Of a stretch of 32,000 nt of DNA, positions 28,830 through 32,000 are shown one piece after another. Every line of letters starts with the position of its first letter. The first letter of the stretch is position 1. The stretch is from Trichodesmium erythraeum IMS101 (GTDB lineage Bacteria > Cyanobacteriota > Cyanobacteriia > Cyanobacteriales > Microcoleaceae): the NCBI RefSeq assembly GCF_000014265.1, contig NC_008312.1, positions 3,090,001-3,122,000 of the forward strand. Direction: 5' to 3'. The notes beneath the pieces are model-generated. The model searched no databases, was not told where the DNA came from, and was given only the letters and a program-made list of their open reading frames with translations. The translations under genes and the position numbers were made by a program.

Positions 28830-28976
28830 GGAAGGTTGCTTAAGTTACTGAGGTACGGTTGTTTTTTTTGTTTTCTATTCGGTATTTCCGGAGTTACTAA
28901 TATGTACAAGGGTAAATAACAGCTTGAAAAAAATCTATGATTATCTTTTATAATCTATGATTGTCTTGTAAAACTT

Positions 28977-29627
28977 ATGATGATGACTAATAAATTCATT
29001 AAGATAGGTGCAGCAGCAGAACTATTAGGAGTGTCCATTGATACGCTCCGAAAATGGGAATTATCTGGAGAGCTGATACCAGACCGAAAAAGTCAAGCTG
29101 GAACTAGATTCTATGATTCCTCTAAACTTATCAATTTAGGAGATGGAGACAGTCCTACTATTTGTTATGCTAGAGTCAGTAGTCACGACCAAAAAGTAGA
29201 TTTAGAAAGGCAACAGGCAATGCTAGAAACTTATTGTGCTGCCAAAGGGTGGATCTTTGAGGTAATTAAAGACTTAGGCTCTGGCATGAACTATCGCAAA
29301 AAGGGATTGCAAAAACTATTAGAAAAAATCTTAAGAAAGCAAACTAAGGGATTAGTATTAACCCATAAAGATAAATTGTTAAGGTTTGGTGCTGAATTAG
29401 TCTTTTCTTTTTGCGAACTCTAGGGAATTGAGATAGTTATTATTAACAAAGGTGAACAACCAAGTTTTGAAGAAGAACTAGCTCAAGATGTACTAGAAAT
29501 AATCACAGTTTTTTCAGCTAGGCTTTATGGTTGTTGATCAAAAAAACATAAAAAACTATTACTGGGTTTACTTGAGGAAGTCGCTCAAGTTGTGGGAAAA
29601 ACTGATAATCATGCTACTAGGATTTAA
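28977..29627 (+). pseudogene. tnpA: IS607-type serine recombinase transposase, interrupted by two in-frame stop codons
   Basis: MerR-like HTH IGAAAELLGVSIDTLRKWE. Catalytic-serine motif YARVSSHDQKVDLERQ. The frame continues through TAG (29421-29423) as GIEIVIINKGEQPSFEEELAQDVLEIITVFSARLYGC, and through TGA (29535-29537) as SKKHKKLLLGLLEEV..., ending at 29627. Confidence 0.75.
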
Positions 29628-30756
29628 AACAGAACTCTACCCAAATAACTCACAAAAAACCTTACTAGCTAAACACGCTGGTGTCGCACGTCATGCTTGG
29701 AATTGGGGCTTATGGTTAACTAGAAATATCCTTACTCACAATTCCAATAATCCTGATAGTAAACTTAAATTTCCCACATCTATCGACCTGCATAAGCTTT
29801 TAGTAGCAATAGTTAAACCTAATAGCTATTGGTATTACGAAGTATCTAAAACAGCACCTCAATATGCTTTGAGGCATTTATCCAATGCTTGGAAACGTTG
29901 CTTAACTAAAGTGTCTGCTCAACCTAAATTCAAGAAAAAAGGTAGGGATGATAGTTTCACTTTGGATGGTTCAATTATAGTCGGTTTTAATCAGATTAAA
30001 TTACCTCGAATTGGATGGGTGAAAACCTTTGAAATTTTGCCAGATAATGTCACTCCCAAGTCTGTAACTATTAGCAAAAAAGCTGATAGATGGTTTGTCA
30101 GTTTCAAGATAGAAACAGCAACCATAGTCACTGAGAAATCAGTTGATGTAGTTGGTGTAGATTTGGGTATGAAATCACTAGCTACCCTATCAACTGGGGA
30201 GGTATTCCCTGGTGCAAAATCTTATAGAAATTTAGAAGTTAAACTTTCTAGGTTGCAATACTTGAACCGACATAAAGTGAAATTTTCGTCTAACTGGAAA
30301 AAAGCGCAACTCAAAATAGCCAAGTTACATAATAGAATAGCTAACATCAGGAAAGATACACTGCATAAACTAACTACTTATTTGGCTAAAAACCACAGTC
30401 AAATAGTAATAGAAGACCTAAATGTATCAGGAATGATGTCAAATTACAAGCTGGCTAAGGCTGTTGCCGATATGGGTTTTTACGAATTTCGCAGACAATT
30501 AAAGTACAAATGTCAACTGTATGGCTCTAAGTTAACCATTGTGGATAGATGGTTTCCTAGTTCTAAAACTTGCAGTAGGTGTGGAACTGTTAAAGAATCT
30601 CTGTTGTTATCAGAGCGCGTTTTCAATTGCGAACATTGCAAATTCAGTTGCGACCGAGACTTGAATACAGCGTTAAATTTAGCTATGGCGGTCAGTTCGA
30701 CCGTGACAGCTTGTGGACTGGATAACGCCGACGTTGCCAGAATGAAGCAGGAATAG
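29611..30756 (+). CDS. tnpB: TnpB (OrfB) RNA-guided nuclease family protein, apparently intact
   Basis: 381 aa from ATG 29611 (MLLGFKTELYPNNSQ...). RuvC-I VGVDLGMKSLATLS, RuvC-II IVIEDLNVSGM, zinc finger CSRCG...CEHC, RuvC-III CDRDLNTALNL. The 28 extra N-terminal codons in the ORF track overlap tnpA and are unlikely to be translated. Confidence 0.85.
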   Translation: MLLGFKTELYPNNSQKTLLAKHAGVARHAWNWGLWLTRNILTHNSNNPDSKLKFPTSIDLHKLLVAIVKPNSYWYYEVSKTAPQYALRHLSNAWKRCLTKVSAQPKFKKKGRDDSFTLDGSIIVGFNQIKLPRIGWVKTFEILPDNVTPKSVTISKKADRWFVSFKIETATIVTEKSVDVVGVDLGMKSLATLSTGEVFPGAKSYRNLEVKLSRLQYLNRHKVKFSSNWKKAQLKIAKLHNRIANIRKDTLHKLTTYLAKNHSQIVIEDLNVSGMMSNYKLAKAVADMGFYEFRRQLKYKCQLYGSKLTIVDRWFPSSKTCSRCGTVKESLLLSERVFNCEHCKFSCDRDLNTALNLAMAVSSTVTACGLDNADVARMKQE

Positions 30757-30845
30757 AACAGATAATCATAGATTCATATAGATTATCATAGGTTTTTAAT
30801 AACGGTTGTGTGCAATATTCCTACTGAAATAAAGGAATGCACATA
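30600..30845 (+). ncRNA. Putative TnpB guide RNA (omega/reRNA) scaffold region
   Basis: Placement by analogy only: in characterised TnpB elements the guide RNA overlaps the tnpB 3' end and the right end. A bulged 11-bp hairpin TGTGCA-ATA-TTCCT / AGGAA-TGCACA lies at 30809-30843. Exact ends cannot be determined from sequence alone. Confidence 0.25.
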
Positions 30846-31121
30846 CCTTAATGTTTATCGGAGTTTTTATAGTTAAGTAAAAGTTGGGAAATTTGAATAT
30901 TAAAAAAATTCTCTGGGGAAAGGCGATCGCTGTTTTGGATAATGAGGTAAAAGACGATAGTTTTGACTAAAATAGTGGGAATTTTATTGACAGTGAGGTA
31001 TCGCTATGGCGAGCAATATCTTCATACAACAAAGGTTTGATGATTAATATTTGTACAATAGAAAGTTAGAATTTACTGTATTTACCGACTGTCTCTATGA
31101 ATAATATTGGTAAGGTATTTA

Positions 31122-31727
31122 ATGGCAAACAATGAAGTTATAGAAAATACTTGGCTAGAACGCCCATCACCTGAAGTTGCTCCAGAATTAATAGGTTGTA
31201 CTTTGGTGCGACGAATATCGGAGGAAAAAATTATCCGTAGCACAATAGTAGAAACCGAAGCCTATGCCCCAGGAGACCCTGCTTGTCACGCTTATCGCAA
31301 ACGTACTCCACGAAATACGGTGATGTTTGGTCCTCCGGGAATAAGCTATGTTTTTCTCATTTATGGGATGTACCACTGCCTAAATGTTGTTACAGATATT
31401 GATGGGATACCTAGTGTTGTTTTAATTCGGGCTTTACAGTTAGAGTCTGTGCCAAATTGGTTATGGGAGCATATTCCAAAACAAAAATCAAAACCTAAAG
31501 TTTCTCGTTTGGCTGCGGGACCTGGTAAGCTTTGTCGTCTGCTTAATATAGACTTGAATTTAAATGGTTCTCGTTTGAGAGCAGGACAACCTATGTGGTT
31601 GGAACAGCGATCGCCTTCGTTTGAAAAAAATTTGCAAATAGTACAAACAACTCGTATTGGAATTACAAAAGGAACTAATTTACTTTGGCGGTGGTATTTG
31701 GCTAACTGTGATGCTGTGTCTAAATAG
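31122..31727 (+). CDS. mpg: DNA-3-methyladenine glycosylase (Mpg/AAG family)
   Basis: IVETEAYAPGDPACHAY and GISYVFLIYGMYHCLNVV are typical of the family. I prefer ATG 31122 (MANNEVIENTW...) to the TTG at 31107 in the ORF track. Confidence 0.9.
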   Translation: MANNEVIENTWLERPSPEVAPELIGCTLVRRISEEKIIRSTIVETEAYAPGDPACHAYRKRTPRNTVMFGPPGISYVFLIYGMYHCLNVVTDIDGIPSVVLIRALQLESVPNWLWEHIPKQKSKPKVSRLAAGPGKLCRLLNIDLNLNGSRLRAGQPMWLEQRSPSFEKNLQIVQTTRIGITKGTNLLWRWYLANCDAVSK

Positions 31728-32000
31728 GGTTTTTGAGTGAGATATGTTGAGCTAAAGACGCCATTAGGTAATATGGTTCAAGTCTCTGAAATGCTCGATA
31801 GTCATTAGGGATGATCACTTACTTCTGGTTATTAGGTTAATTTTTTCTCTTTTTGTTAGGGGGTGAGTTTAGGAAACTGCAAAAACTTTTATTGTAGAAA
31901 AAAAAGGGAAAGCTACAATAGCTGAAAACTAGAGAGGAAAATACTTTTTAATGTTTTCATCCTGGTGGCAGCAGGTGCTAACACTCCCTATCTTTTGCCA

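Larger units (their letters stand above)
28933..30791 (+). mobile_element. IS607-family insertion sequence (serine-recombinase tnpA plus tnpB); the right boundary could lie up to about 30845
   Basis: Typical gene pair with a 17-nt tnpA/tnpB overlap. ATCTATGATTATC at 28933-28945 is the exact reverse complement of 30761-30773. A second near-copy sits 20 bp inside or outside each end (28953-28965; 30781-30791). Confidence 0.75.

Noticed and set aside
28685-28909. 74-aa minus-strand ORF
   Set aside because: It mostly overlaps the 3' end of the ABC ATPase gene on the opposite strand and has no motifs.
29527-29610. 28 extra N-terminal codons on the tnpB ORF in the track
   Set aside because: They overlap the tnpA frame and do not resemble TnpB N-termini. 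The canonical-looking start MLLGFKTELYPN is at 29611.
31188-31376. 62-aa minus-strand ORF
   Set aside because: Antisense shadow ORF within mpg.
31962-32000. Possible start of a plus-strand gene (ATG TTT TCA TCC TGG TGG CAG CAG ..., MFSSWWQQVLTLPIFC)
   Set aside because: Only 13 codons are visible before the window ends, which is too little to support a call.

Overview
AT-rich cyanobacterial chromosome segment. It carries at least 13 copies of the HIP1 octamer GCGATCGC and several heptamer tandem micro-repeats. Only about 59% is coding by my own tally. Together these suggest a Trichodesmium-like filamentous cyanobacterium, which I cannot verify without a database search. All family names below come from motifs I read in the translations, not from searches.

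Content, left to right:
- 1-1517 (-): two translationally coupled, divergent P-loop GTPase-like genes; the second runs off the left edge.
- 2206-2802 (-): a standalone PD-(D/E)xK (HsdR-N-like) protein.
- 2809-3244: a composite tandem repeat of three 99-bp cores separated by heptamer arrays.
- 3311-5065 (-): glutamine-dependent NAD synthetase nadE.
- About 2 kb of non-coding DNA holding a GC-rich dispersed element.
- A signalling neighbourhood on the minus strand: a DUF928-like secreted protein (interrupted by an in-frame stop), a CHASE2 class III nucleotide cyclase and a pentapeptide-repeat protein.
- An arsenic organification cluster: arsS radical SAM, a DUF2267-like gene, a small membrane protein and arsM.
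- A DUF1838-like gene with a decayed tandem paralog fragment, a TVP38/DedA-type membrane protein and a HAD-fold protein with Asn at two catalytic Asp positions.
- A heavily decayed IS1-family transposase pseudogene.
- A general amino-acid ABC transporter set (aapJQMP / natFGH-bgtA type) whose genes are separated by unusually long spacers.
- An IS607-type element with a nonsense-disrupted serine-recombinase tnpA and an apparently intact tnpB.
- A DNA-3-methyladenine glycosylase.

No rRNA, tRNA or CRISPR array was recognised.

Most interesting candidates: the paired GTPase module at the window edge (possible conflict or defence system, truncated by the window), the dead-tnpA/live-tnpB IS607 element together with TnpB-type relics elsewhere, and the composite repeat.
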